Made by a program: the position numbers and the translations under genes | In this document: piece after piece, positions 22,120-36,200 of the stretch | Position numbering within the stretch: the stretch's first letter is position 1 | Layout: every line of letters begins with the position of its first letter | Assembly (NCBI RefSeq): GCF_001194135.2 | Contig: NC_068996.1 | Location: 50,449,187 to 50,513,186, forward strand | From: Octopus bimaculoides | Taxonomy: Eukaryota | Reading direction: 5' to 3' | DNA: 64,000 nt | The notes under the pieces: model-generated | Told to the model about the DNA's origin: nothing | Seen by the model: only the letters and a program-made list of their open reading frames with translations | The model's database searches: none

Positions 22120-25100
22120 TGTATGGTTTACATTTATTTGTGCAGCATTCAGTACTTATTTAATACTGAAAATGATCCTTCCTATAGACGCATATGTAAT
22201 GTTCAAAGATATTTTAAAATTAGACCAGTCTATATATTTACACCTTACAGTGTGAGGGGAAATATACGAGTTTGCTTTAAATTAGGTGTAAGTATTTCAC
22301 AGGCACCATGTAGTGCAACACTTGAAATTGTGTTTTTGTTTTGTTTTTTTCCTTCTATTAAAAGTACAAAATATCAAGTATTTAACTATTTTTTGGCTGA
22401 AACGCATAAAGGAATAGGCGTTAACGTTTAATATATTTGAAAACTGAGAAAAATCAGTTTCATTCATCAATTGCAACACTTATCAATAAGGTGCATTATG
22501 AAGTATACCTACACAAATATGCACTCCCTTCACGATTTGGTTTCCTCATGACTTTCAGAAGAATGGGTACTATCTAACGAAATTTTCGCAAACGTCTTTT
22601 AGAAGTTGTAGATTCCGATTATGTTGGAATTTAATGTTGAAGAAAATTGATGGGCGCGCACAATATATATTGACACATCGCAATTTAAAAAAAAATTTCT
22701 AGTTTCATTTTGTAAATATATATGTAATGCGTTTGAGTGTGCCCACCAATTTTTTTCTACATTAAATTACGATATAATCCTCATCTACTACACCTGAAAG
22801 GTATTTGTAGAAAGTTACATTGAAAATATATATTTTCCGAAAGTTATGTGGAAATAAAGTCGATTGGGGGCGGCACACTTGTGTAGGAATACCCCCTTAT
22901 GAATGCTTCGATTCCATATATATTTACGAAAAAATAAAACTTTTCTCTTTTATTTTTAAGTTATGGCATTTTTGGCTGCAATCATTTATGTATCACAGAA
23001 TCCACGTTTATAGTAAAACTTCAGTCCCACGAAAAGGAAATTTTTATTTTAAACATTTCAGGAGTTTTCTGCTGCAAAAATTAACAAATATTTACTTAGT
23101 TTTAATTTTATTGTGAACTTCGTAAAAATTGAAAGAAAAAAAGAAAACAAAAACAATTTGTCCGCTGAAAAGGAATAAACACTAAAAGGGAATTGTTATA
23201 GTTCGCATGACTCCCTCGGAGGTCACTTCTGGATGCTACTTCATTCAGTAATCAGTTTAACCTCAGATTACTCTTAAATTCCCTGGAACTATGTCAAAGA
23301 CTTTCCGCATATGATCATCCCATCTTTTTAAGAATACGTAAAAACAATGTGTCCTTTAGATTTATTTTAAGGCTGCAGTGCGTGATATACGAGGGAAATT
23401 TCGTTGCTACTTCTAACAGGTTGCGCGATGTTGCTTTCAGTTTCCGATTGTTTTCGTTACTGTATCGTGGATTGAAAGTACAGATTTAGACTTTTCTATC
23501 TATTTTTAGAACGTAACCTGTGGCCGTTTATCAGCTCTTATCATTCTCTTGTTTCCTTGCTTCGTAGATAGGGCAAGTAAAGGAAAGAAGTTATTTTTCT
23601 CCAAGGACATACATTTTAATGGCTCTTACGAGTCTACTTACGAGTTTGCATCAGAAGATCGAATTAATTACATAAATCTGTGATAAATTTTACTGATCAT
23701 TTTATTTAGAAAGAAATCACACAAACTCGATATAATTTAATCTTGAAATCTCCTTTCATCTTCGTAACTTATTCATATGAATGTTGTTGGCATCGCCAAT
23801 TCCTCTGCTTCTTTTATGACTGGTAGTGTGTGTTATTGAGGAAGGGGTGTTCTAAGCAGACGAATATTTCGATAAATCAAAGAAAAATGTAAAAACAATT
23901 TAGCTTAGTACGATGTGTAGTATATTGAGTATAATATGTATTAGTGTATAAGTTGCTGATTTTCGCGGAAGGCTACACATTTGGATTATGAAGGTTGTGT
24001 CGTCTCAAGTCATGTGTACAATGGACAGTTTCCCGGGGATCTCACGGGTCTTCTGATCTATGTATGCTGCTGCTTGCTTTCAATAAAAAAGAAAAAAATC
24101 AAAACGGTCCAGTACATTGATTTTGCTCAGATGGGTGAGGTTGTAGTCAACTGGACTGACACTATTTGAGTGGTATTTGTCGACTCAGTAAAATTGAAAG
24201 ATTGTCGTTTCCTTTGGATGAATTCTAACTTGAGCAATGTAGCTAATGCACGCTGTAAAGTTTTTTCTTTTTTTTTCACCCATTGTTCATGTATTGGAAA
24301 TTTAGTAACCTGGATTTTTATTTATCTTGTTTGCTTTACATGCATAAAAATAATTGAACCTCATGCATATGTAAACATATATGTATAAATATATATATAC
24401 TTACTTGTAGCACAAGGAGTGTGCAGTTACAATACTGGTGCAAAGCAATGCAATGGTCTTGGAGCAAAATATTTGAACACAGTTATGTGTCCAAGTATTT
24501 CTGCTGTGCTATTGTGTTTCATTGCTGAACAAGACCTGTCAAGTTATTCTAGTTTGCCCTATTTGGCAAAATAAAAGCTTAACTCCTTAGTTAATTGCAG
24601 AAAGGACATTCAACTTTAAAATCAGTTGCTTTAACAAAAAATGTAATTAAGAAAAAGTTCATCTCTTCAAGATTCATTTACATTTTCATTGGTTTTAGAA
24701 ATTGGACTGTGGCCATGCTGGAGTACCATACTCAAGCATTTTGTCAATCATATCACTGCAGTGCTTATTTAATCTGCCTTTACTTTTGAGCTGTTGAGTT
24801 CATGGGACATAAAGGGTCACGAAATAACATTTATTTGTAGATTGATATAAACCTAATCATAGACACACACATGCATCTATAATCACTTTGTTGTGTCCTC
24901 TTTTTCATGCTTGCATTGAGTCATTTGAAATTCATTGAGGTTTTTCTATAGCTAGATGCCCTTTTTGTTTCCAACACTAAACCTGTTTCGATGCAAGCAA
25001 GCAATATTTCCTCAAGTCCTCTGAACACAAATAACACATTGGCTGGACATAGAAAATTACATGCAAGTAACATTGTTTGTATAGATGAATGGTGTCTTTT

Positions 25101-25630
25101 CTTTTTTTCTTTCACAATTAGCTTGCAATGTGACGTCAAGGAGACATAAAATAAACACATTCACATACATATCATAACCTGCTTCCAAGCAAGATTATAT
25201 TTCCAATGTCCAGACATGCTCTTGCTCAGAATAATGGAAATTAATGACACTGTTTGCATGATGGTGACTCTCATTTACAACTATGTCAAGGCAAGACACA
25301 CACATATCTCTCCAGCAAACTTCTTTCAGATTCTGTCTACCAAAACCACTCACTTACAAGGCTTAGGTGGCCCAAGGATTTGGAAGGTGCAATACAGTTG
25401 GATTGAACTTGAAACTGTATTAACCATGCAGCCACACCTGTTAGCTGTGTAGTTCAGAAGCTTAAATATATATATATGTCATCATCATCATCATCGTTTA
25501 ACATCTTCTTTCCATGCTAGCATGGGTTGGACGATTTGACTGAGGACTGGTGAAACCGGATGGCAACACCAGGCTCCAATCTGATTTGGCAGTTTCTACA
25601 GCTGGATGCCCTTCCTAACGCCAACCACTC

Positions 25631-25661
<31 letters not shown>

Positions 25662-25964
25662 TGGACTATTTTACTTTTCAACTACCAAATCACTCACAAG
25701 GCTTTGATTTTCTTGGGGCTATAACTGAAGACACTTACCCAAACATTGGGACTGAACCTGAAACCATGTGGTTGGAAAAATAATCATCATCATTTAGCGT
25801 CCACTTTCCATGCTGGTATGGATTGGACAGTTTGATAGGAGTTGGCTAAGCAGAAGACCACATCAGGTTTCAGTCTGTTTTAGTGTGGTCTTTTACGGCT
25901 GGATGCCCTTCCTAACACCAACCACCATGCAGAGTAGACTGAATGCTTTTTATGTGGGCATATA

Positions 25965-26334
25965 CCGTAAATCTGCACTTTTTTCCCAAACTTTTTAGTG
26001 TGTATTATACACGGGATTAAAAATGAAAAATATTTTCTAAGTGATAAATATGTAAAGGCAATTTACTTAATATTTATTTTTCACTGACTTTATTAGTTAT
26101 TTTCTTATTTTCTGCAAACAAAGCTACACGTTTGCATTATGTTATATATACAATAATAATAAAGGACGTTACTGTATATACGTTTACAAACCAAGGATGT
26201 TATATAGACCTCCTTGACTCAAGTTAGAGAAGGGGTGCGTATTATACACAAGGTTTAGGTTTTTTAGAGGTACAGCCCCCTAAAAATCCCCTGTGTATTA
26301 TACTCAAGGGCAGACTATACTTGAAGATTTACGG
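25965..26334. mobile_element. Tc1/mariner-pogo-type MITE
   Basis: TA|CCGTAAATC...GATTTACGG|TA, with internal repeated GTATTATAC(A/T)C motifs. Confidence 0.8.
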
Positions 26335-28151
26335 TATTTATCTTTGTGCACACCAGTCTAAAATCAGTGTGTCCCTTTATGTCCTGTAATTTATATATAA
26401 ATAGGTGGCTACAATGAGGCTTCTGCACATTTTTTTTTTTTTTTTTGCCTACTAAATTCCACATGTAAAGATTAGTAACCCTAGGCTAAAGTAACTTCTC
26501 TTCAATGTTTCATATTTTGGAATCACTTTTTCCATTAAGATTCAGATATTTTTCTATGGAATTTAAATAACATTCTTATTTATTTTGGCATCTTATAAGA
26601 TTGCAAGAAGCTTCCAGTAGATGAGGGATAGATAAATCTCAGAGTTGTGCAGATTTGCTTGGAGATCGTTGTACTAAATAAGTTTATAATAAGCTTTGCT
26701 GATATTGAATGCAAACAACTTTTGCCAACCTTCTGAAGGGCATGAATCCACTGGAGAGTGACATAGGAAGAAATTTCTTTAACAGTTTATAATTTTCTGG
26801 ATGTTTTCACAAAATTTGATACTGTGCATGTACCTGAAGACTGCAATATAAGCATCCAAAAAGCAAAAGTCTCTTCTTAATCCATCTTGCTAATTCTTCT
26901 CTCTACAGTAGATCTGGCTGTACGCAAGCTACACTTGGTGGTCACTGAGAAACTAGAGAGACTTAAGATGTTGGCAATATATGACAACGGGTTGATATTT
27001 GGCACACAGATTTATGGATCCAAAGATTGGTATAGATACTGATAGAGAGAAGCAGAATGCAAAGTTTGGCAAGGGCTAGTCTAACTCTAGAGAATTCTAC
27101 TTTAGACGTGGCTTTGTTGATCTGATGTAAGGTCAAAGTGTTTCCATGTTTGGTGTGTGTGTGAGAGAATGAACCTGATAAGAGGTGTTAAAATGTGATT
27201 CTTCATTATCATCATCATACATCTGTTGTCTGTGCTGGCATGGGTTGGACAGTTTAACCAGAGCTGCACCAAGCTCCAGTCTGATTTGGTATAGTTTCTA
27301 CAGCTGGATGCTCTTCCTAATGCCAACCACTTTACAGAGTGTGCTGGATAGTTTTATGTGGCACCTCACCGGTGCTTTTACATAACACCACACAAGTACC
27401 TTTATATAGCACCACAAGTGCTTTTTATCTGGCACTCTTGTAGGTCAGTCCTCTCCTTCAGAGAGAGACAAGGCTTAACTTAACACTTCTGCTGTGGAGC
27501 ATGGTCTTGGTGCCAGGCATTCTGGTCCTTTGTCATTCTTCACTACTTTGCCCCACTGAATGCAGTTTGGCCAGCCAGTAAATGTAGAAGCTTTCTTTTT
27601 GGCAGTGCTGTTAGATTAATCTTCAACTTTTTTTGATACCATTTTGTTTTAGACCACCCTTGGTTCTATGGTTACAAACTTCATATTTTAAAGTGATCTA
27701 GATTCAAAATGTTCCATCAAGATTTTATGTTAATCTATGTTTCAGACTTCAACATAACAACTGCAGTTGCTTTACCAAATTCTTCAGTGTGCTTCAAGAG
27801 AAATATTGTAACACAAGGGTTAAGAGTGGTGGGTAGGAAGATTCCACTAAGTCGGTAGCTTTCAGCCTGCAATGACTGGAGGTGCTTTTAGCTTGGGTAG
27901 TAATCTTACAAGTGTTGTGATGACTGTTAGAAGCCAATCTGTTGAATGAATAGCGTTTCGTTGTATTGGTAAACAAATACTTGTCATGTATGTAGATGCA
28001 AAATAGTAAACACCTGTGATATATAGATGCACCAAAGTATAGTGTTACAGAGCTGTCTTGGCCATTCTCTGTTGTAGAGCAGGTGGTATGAAGATTAAAT
28101 CACTATAGATTGTCTGTGTAACATCTTGGCTAACTGCAGCTGTAATTCGTT

Positions 28152-28357
28152 TGACACATTACACCTCTCTCTTTACTCTCTTTTTCACTTGTTTCAGTCA
28201 TTTGACTGCGGCCATTGCTGGAGCACCGCCTTTAGTCGAACAAATCGACCCCAGGACTTATTCTTTGTAAGCCTAGTACTTATTCTATCGGTCTCTTTTG
28301 CCGAACCGCTAAGTGACGGGGACATAAACACACCAGCATCGGTTGTCAAGCAATGCT

Positions 28358-28424
<67 letters not shown>

Positions 28425-28595
28425 TATATACGACGGGCTTCTTTCAGTTTCTGTCTACCAAATCCACTCACAAGGCTTTGGTAGGCCCGAGGCTATAGTA
28501 GAAGACACTTGCCCAAGGTGCCACACAGTGAGACTGAACCCGGAACCATGTGCTTGGTAAGCAAGCTACTTACCACACAGTCACTCCTGCGCCTC
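28152..28595 (-). mobile_element. tRNA-derived SINE (family A) with central (CA)n; further copies at about 540-700, 38815-39000, 39860-40300, 48338-48756 and 49140-49330
   Basis: The minus-strand head AGGCGCAGGAGTGACTGTGTGG...GGTTCAGTCTC...CCTTGGGCAAGTGTC has A/B-box-like motifs. This is a CpG-rich, young copy. Confidence 0.85.
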
Positions 28596-29834
28596 TGCAA
28601 ATATTTGTTATAAATAATTTAATATTGTGTTACCCACTCTTGAAATATCACTCTAAGCTTTAACCTCTTTTCTTACTCCTTGACTGAATGCTGTTAAACC
28701 TATTTAAGGCATATTTCTGCATTAAGTGTCCATTTCCAGCCAGTAATGTTGGTCACTCTATTACTTAAAGAGAGCAAAAAATGTATTAAGCAATAAGTGT
28801 TTGGCTATTAATATTTCAGCCATACACCAAAATAAAAGAGAGAATGAATGTTAATTGCAAATAAAGATGTTAACCTTATCTGATTGGGCAAGCCAACTGC
28901 TTGGGGAACAGAACTTATTGAGATAAATTTAATACAGTTGATGTCTGTAAATTTTAAATAGTTTGAGTGTTAAGAGTGCCAAAATGTATTAAGAATGTTG
29001 TGTTTCGTTGGATTTTTTTTTAAAAATCATTAGGCACTAGACAATAAGACTGAAGTTACTTGAAAATTTTAGTAACAATATTAGAGAAATAAAATGATTG
29101 AAATTTTGGAAAAATTTAAGTAGTAAAATAGGTGCATATGTGGCTGTGTAAGAAGCTTCCCAGTTGCAAGGTTTCTAGTTCAATCCTACTGCCTGATACC
29201 TTGTTCTAGTGTCTTCTACTATAACTCTCATGAGTGGATTTCATGAAAGGAAATCAAAAGAAGCTTGTTCCTTCTCTTGACATCACATGATGGTTGTAAA
29301 TTAGTGTCACGGTTTATGAACAGAGTCCTTCATTCCCAATCTTCTGTGAAAACATGTCTGGCCATATGGAAACAGATGAGAGTTGGTAATAGGAAGGGCA
29401 TCTAGCCATAGAAAAATCTGCTTTACTGAATTTTGTCATATGTGCACACACACACACACATACATATGACAGACTTCTTTCTGTTACTGTCTACCAAATC
29501 TATTCACAAGGCTTAGGTTTGCAGTGGGCTTGAACGTGAAACCATGTTGGGGTGCAAACAGCCACTCAGCTGTGTCTGTTCCTGATTGTATTTCCTAATT
29601 TGGGAAGTTGTTAATATTTTCTTTTTAATCATCATCATCATTTTTACATCCATATTTTTTCATGCTGATATGGGTTGAACATGACTTCTTGAGGCAGCAT
29701 TCTATGACTGGATGTCCTTGCTGATCCTAACATTTGTCTTTTTGAATGATGTACATTCACCAGGCTGCTAGTCTTACTGTTTTTGCAGAATGTAAACAAA
29801 AGGTATCACTGCCAAAACAGTGCCAATGTACAGC

Positions 29835-29995
29835 TCTATATTTAAGAGATGAGGAATTATTTACAATTGATGGATATTTGTCCTCATCTTGTTTGTTGTT
29901 AACATAACGTTTCAGATGATATACCCTTCAGCCTTCATCAGGTGTCTTGGGGAAATTTCGAACCTGGGTTCTCATTCCTAAGGTATTTTTTGATA

Positions 29996-30046
<51 letters not shown>

Positions 30047-30065
30047 TCACTGCCTGGAATCGAAA
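29835..30065 (-). mobile_element. Short non-autonomous repeat carrying a decayed minimal hammerhead motif
   Basis: Minus strand ACAC-CTGATGA-AGGCTG..CATCT-GAAAC-GTT-ATGT at 29902-29945, plus a (TAA)n tract. Confidence 0.6.
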
Positions 30066-30304
30066 AACTTAATTATACCTTTGCTCAACAAGAAAAAGAA
30101 ATATCTTTTGTTAAAATGATTATTTTCTTAGTAAAATTATAATAAAAATTTTATGATAATTAAAAAAAAAAAGCATGAGATAATTAATAGATCTCATTTA
30201 CAATGTTTTCATAATTCCATCATTTTTACTATCCTGGATCTTATTTCAGTTAGATGAATACTCAAGCTGGAATATGAAATCAATGAATCTAGCATTGTTT
30301 ATAA

Positions 30305-30750
30305 TAATAATACTTTCTACTATAGGTACAAGGCCCGAAATTCTGTGGAAGGGAATAGTCATTTACATTGACCTCAGTGTTCAACTGGTACTTATTTTAT
30401 CGACCCCAAGAGAGTGAAAGGCAATGTTAACCTCAGTAGAATTTGAACCTAGAACATAAAGAGCCAAAAGAAATGTTGCTAAACATTTTGTCTGGTGTCC
30501 TAATAATAACTCTTGCTAGCTTGTTACCCTTTATTTAATAAGGGTTTCGAATTTTTAGCACAATGCCAGCAATTTCAAGGAACAGGGTAAGCCAATTGCA
30601 TGATTCTAGTACTCAGCTAGTATCTTTTTTATCAACCACGAAAGGATGAAAGGTAAAGTTGACCTCAGTAGAATTCAAGCGTAAAAATAGACAAAATGCT
30701 GCTAACCGTTTTGCATTGCATGCTAAAAATTATGCCAGCCCACCACCTTA
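30305..30750 (-). mobile_element. Two antisense family-B SINE copies; another pair at 36128-36510
   Basis: Reverse complements of the SINE at 21578 (ACTTTCTACTATAGG...GAATTTGAAC...). Confidence 0.75.
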
Positions 30751-32365
30751 AATTACTAAACTAAATTTATAGAGGAAATATAATGTAGCCCGAGGGCAGT
30801 GTTTCTACTAAATATATGCACATTTGATTCCCAATTTGTGTAGCTTTTCTGATGTGTTCTGTCGAATTTCCCTTTGTATGCTTTCTTTTGGTTAATTGCA
30901 CTCGCTTGCTCAATAACTAAATTTAGAATAGTGATAAGCAATCAAAAGCAATGTTAGAATTTAGGAAGAAATCAGGTTTTATGTTGACTTAGCTAGGTGC
31001 ACAGTTTATCATATATACATAATCAGATTTTATACCTTTTGTATGATAGTGAATTGAATTGCACACCTAATATGTACTGGAAAAAAAGTCTTATTGGAAA
31101 ACTCAAATATGTGGTTGTATAATTTATCATTTCCTCTGCATTGCTTTTCCATCAATATATATTTGTATATTTTAGTAATAACAGCCTATATAAAGATACA
31201 ATAACAGACGTACAGAGATGGGAAATATATTATTTTTATTACCATTCATTGCATGACATATAACATGCACAGTGGAGATCTCATTGAAGGAATTAACTAT
31301 AACAGACTTCATGCTATAGTCCTTGTCATGTATTGTAACAGTCTCCTTTAATGATCATTATTTTAAAATATTGTGCATTACAATCAAATACTTTAGAAAA
31401 TGAGTCTAGTTTGTATTTGGCACAATTGATATAGGTAAATTAAGACCATTTCTCTTCTTCAGCTTTTTATTTCTTCAAAAATGTCCAACAAATATGAAAG
31501 GATACTGGAATTAAAATAATTTGGCTGATGCTTGATTGAGCTTATAATTTGGAGAAATTTTTTTACTGATATTCTTGTAGAAAGTAGCATCGTGAAGTGT
31601 ATGAAAGAGAGAGAGAGAGAAAAGACAAAAGGTGAGCAGAATCCTTCAAGTGAATTAAAATTAGTTTTCTGTAGTTGAAATCTTTAGTAATAAAAGACAC
31701 TTGAAAAACCACATTTTAATGCAAATTTGTTTTAAGAATTTTCTGGACAGTGTAGACTTTAATAACTATTTCTGTTTTGTTTTTTTGCTAAAAGCTATAC
31801 ACTCCCAATTAATTAATAAGCAATAGTTTTCGTCATTATGCAGGTGAAGATTAAGAGCACTGTTATTTTATTATTTGTGACATATAGATTAAAACTAATA
31901 GAACCATAAATAGAAAAGTGTCAAAGAATTTGGTCTGTAATGTTGCATTTGATGATTGGAGAATTAGCAGCTTAGGTATGAATACATTTTAAATTGTTGC
32001 TGTTTGATAATCCAATCTTAATTTCAAATGTTGTCTGACTCTTCAACCCAAGTATAGCTGAGGTTTAATCCGAAATTCTTTCCTAACAAGACTTAATACA
32101 TTTCCATGTAACTTTGTGATCAATTCTTATGCTTTCATAATTTTTGTCAGTTGTTTATTTCCTATAGTTGTGCAGAATTCTAGATGATCTTCTCTTTTAG
32201 ATGTTACTACTTGCAAAACACCACTCTTCCAAATGCTAATTACTTTTCATACAAATTTATTGAAAGATACTTTACAGCAAGTCATGCAAATGTTTCGTTG
32301 TCTTAAAGAGTAAATGGTGAGAAGGATGTACTGAAGGATCCATTTCATCTTGCAGTACTTGTTCT

Positions 32366-33235
32366 TCATCATCATCGTTGTTTAATGTTTATTTTCCATG
32401 CTGGCATGGGTTGGACGGTTTGACTGAGGTCTGGCAAGCCAGCAGCTGCATCAGGCTCCTATCTGATCTGGTAAGGTTTCTACAGCTGGATGCCCTTCCT
32501 AACACCAACCACTCTGAGAGTGTAGTGGGTGCTTTTTATGTGCCACAGGCACAAGGGCCAGTCAGGCGGTACTGGCATCAACCACGCTTGAATGGTGCTT
32601 TTTACATGCCACCAGCACGGGAGCCAGTCAAGGGGCACTAGCATCGACCACATTCAGATGATGCATTTTATGTGCCACCGGAACAGGAGCCAGTCAGGGG
32701 GCATTGGCCACAGCTACGATATTTGTTTTACTTGATTCAACAGGTCTTCTCAAACATATCATATCGCCTGATGCATCAAGGATACTTTTAAATGGGCCAG
32801 ACATGCAACACTGGCATCGGTTATGGCTGCAATCTCACTTTAGTTACCAGGTCTTCTTAATCACAGCATATCTCCAAAGGTCTCGGTCTCCTGTTGTTGC
32901 ATCTGTGAGGTCCAACGTTCGAAGGTCATGTTTCACCACCTCATCCCATGTCTTCCTGAGTCTACCTCTTCCACAGTTAGTGGTGGCACTTCCACACAGC
33001 TGTCCTCATCCATATCTAACACATGACCATGCCAGCACAGCTGTCTCTCTTGCACACCACATTTGATGCTTCTTATGTCCAACTTCTCTTTCAGTGTGCT
33101 CACACTCAGTCATGTATGCACACTGACATTACACATCCAGCAGAGCACACTAGCTTCATTTCTTTCAAGCCTACGCATGTCCTCAGCAGACACAGCCCAT
33201 GTTTCACTATTGTGTAGCATGCATCATACAGTCTA
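32366..33235 (-). mobile_element. RTE-clade LINE 3' fragment including the RT C-terminus; similar copy at 36668-37175
   Basis: Minus strand MLHNSETWAVSAEDMRRLERNEASVLCWMC...VQERQLCWHGHVLDMDED is the typical RTE C-terminus, followed by a 3' UTR with about 55-bp subrepeats and the shared terminus. Confidence 0.85.
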
Positions 33236-36200
33236 CCTTTCATCCTGAGCCCTTAGTGGCCAGCAGAGGTAGGAACTCTGTTATAGATGGCAATCTCTAT
33301 TTCAATCAACCTGATTTAAGGAGATGGTTAGCTTGCAATCTTCAAACCTGTTTGATGATGAAGTCTTGAGTTTGATGCACTTTTCACCAAGTTGCCTTTG
33401 GAGAAAGCATCTCAGGCTGCATTTTAAAGTAAAGACTTGTAACACTGTGAAGTCTTTAGCCCCACTAGCTTCAATTGTAATGAAAAGACAGCTTTTTCCA
33501 AACTATCAATATCATTGAAGGATGTAACCAGTATTAAGGCAGTATGACAGTGGGTGAAGTTCAAAAACAACTACTGTTGACTTGCAACATCAATTGTGTC
33601 ATTCACAGATCTGAACTTTGAACCTGTGTAATGTATGCATTCTCAGATGGCTATCCAGAATTCCATCATTGCAAGATGAAATGTTTGCTTACGTCAAAAT
33701 TGTGCTGGCAATGTTTTAAGTCAATCCTGTTGAAAAAGACAAATGATAAAAAAATATTCCAGCTGTAGCTATCTTTTTTTTTTTTTTTTTGTTTTATTGT
33801 TTTCAAATATTTATTTTTATCTAGGGTGCACTTTATGTAACATTTTTTAAAGATGGTTGACTGATTTGACTGAGATTTAGTAACTACTACAGCAAGTTCT
33901 CCCCACCCCCTTTCTCTCTCATTACCTATATAATTTCCCTTTTTTTTTCTTTCAGGATTTGCACTTTTTTCTTGAAATAATTTTATATTTCAATGCATTT
34001 TTTAATAATGTTTGTGTACAATTTGCATTTCACCATTTTGTTGCTTTCTTTAAATTTTGAGTTTCATTTATGTCTTGGAAATTCTCTTTTGAAAACATTC
34101 AGTAAATTATTTTCATACCTAAGATGTGCTTTCTTTGGATTAAGTGTTCTATGTCATAGTTTAAGAAAAGAAATGTTTTTCAAATTATATTTAAGCATTC
34201 AAAATCCCACAAACTGTTTTAACAAGTAAGATCACTATTTTTATATTAAACTTTTGAATTTACCATTATTATCCTGTGTTGGTGCTTTCCACTTTAACAT
34301 TTTTTTTTCGAAAGGTTTTCATTTAATTTCTCCTTCTCCCTACTAATAATCCATTTTGTATCTTCCTTACATTTTTTTCTATTACAACCAAAATTTCCTC
34401 GCTTTTAAGATTTTCAACCAATATTACCATTCTTTTAACTCCTGAAATTTTCCCCTTTAATTTATACACCATTTGTTTCTGATACCTTATTCAGCAATTT
34501 TCCTCAGGTTTTGCTTGTAATATACCCCTCATACTTCATGTTCTTGCTTCTAATGCTTATGTTTGCATTATGCTGTGAACAAAGTCGAAATTTCATATGA
34601 TATCATGTGGATGATGTCTGAAAAAAAACCCCAACTTTTTTTTATAAAATTCTTTTTATATTTCATTCTCTCATCACAATAGCACTTAACATCAATTGTT
34701 TGTATGGATGTTTGAAAAACAAACCTGAATTTGCAGACACATCTAATGTATATTATCAAACCACTTCCTTACATATCAAATGTGACTAAACTGTCTAATA
34801 TATTTTTACAGTGTATATAATTTAGATTTGTAAACTTCTTTACATTTTGCTTATCCTTTAACTGTAAAAGTTTTTTAATATACATACTGTTTCATGGTTA
34901 GATTTGCCTTGCATTTTAACTGCAATGGCCAGTTTATATGAAACTCAAAATCAATTGCATGATACTCAAATTGTATACATATTGCATTCTGGATATGAAA
35001 GTTTCATAACACCTGGACAAAGAAGAAAATTACAAGGTGTTTTCTGTTTGTTTGACCCATTTCAATATAGTTAGAAGAAATTTGATATGATTATATAATC
35101 TATTCTTACTTTTGAATGTTAGTTTAGAAAAAGAAAAAAGATAAAATTAGAAATCAATATGGCATGGAGAGTTTGTTGGGAATGTATTCTCCAGTCTTCA
35201 AGTTACGATCTTTATCTTAGATGACATGGTTGAACAGATAGAGATAATGAGTTCAAGTTTCATTGTGGTTTGTAGACAAAAACACTTTAAAAATATCTCC
35301 ACTACATTCAGATGGTTATAACCTCTGTAGGTGACCTGGTTGGCTGAATGCATAAGGTGTTGGATTGAGTACCCAGAGGTAATGAGCTCAAGTCTCGCTG
35401 TAGACATTTCATTGTGATTTCTAGACACAACACCTTGTTATCTGTTTACCTTAGCTTAGATGGGAATAAGATGTCCAAGACTTTTTGTCAATGTTATTGA
35501 TCTCTTATAAAAAAATAAAAAACTTCTGACCCCACAATATCAAAGAAATGATTCTATTTATCAAAATACTGTGAGTGAATTAGATAAAAGGCCATTGTTT
35601 TTTTTGTTTTTTTTCCATATGCTTGATGGAATTAGCAAGCTGAAGGGGTTGATGTCTCCAATGTGTCATGTTTTCTTCCTGTTTATGGTAAGACAGAGTC
35701 AGTGGAACAAATGAAATTTAAAACAAACAAAAAAAATCACATTTTATTTCTCAGAATTTACTTTTCAGGATCTATTTATGCTAATAAAACTGTCCATTTT
35801 CCCACAATAACATGTGTTGGATGGATCTGTTCCAGTAGAATTGATTGAATAGACCTGTGGTCATTATTTCATTAATTCTGGTGGGGTTTGATCTTAGGCT
35901 GTAGACAAAATTGAAGCCATTTTAGCCAGGGCTCTGCTTAATGTTTCTGTTTTAATAATTGTTTTCAACATACAAGAACAGGAATTTTGAAGGTAAGGGT
36001 TAGATGATAAAAATGGACCCCTTTACTTGACTGGTACTTTACTTTATCTTGGATAAAGGATGGAAGAAATACTGCTTGGCATTTTGTCTGATAATTATGC
36101 CAATCTACCATTCACATTTCTGCTATTATGTTGATCCTTTCTACTATAGGCACATAGCCCGAAATCTTGTGGGAGTGGACTAGTTGATTACATCAACTCC

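Noticed and set aside
23981-24050. Possible extra exon or nested gene ending at CTAT|GTATGC
   Set aside because: No convincing acceptor, no recognisable protein, and BCKDK exons 1 and 2 join seamlessly.
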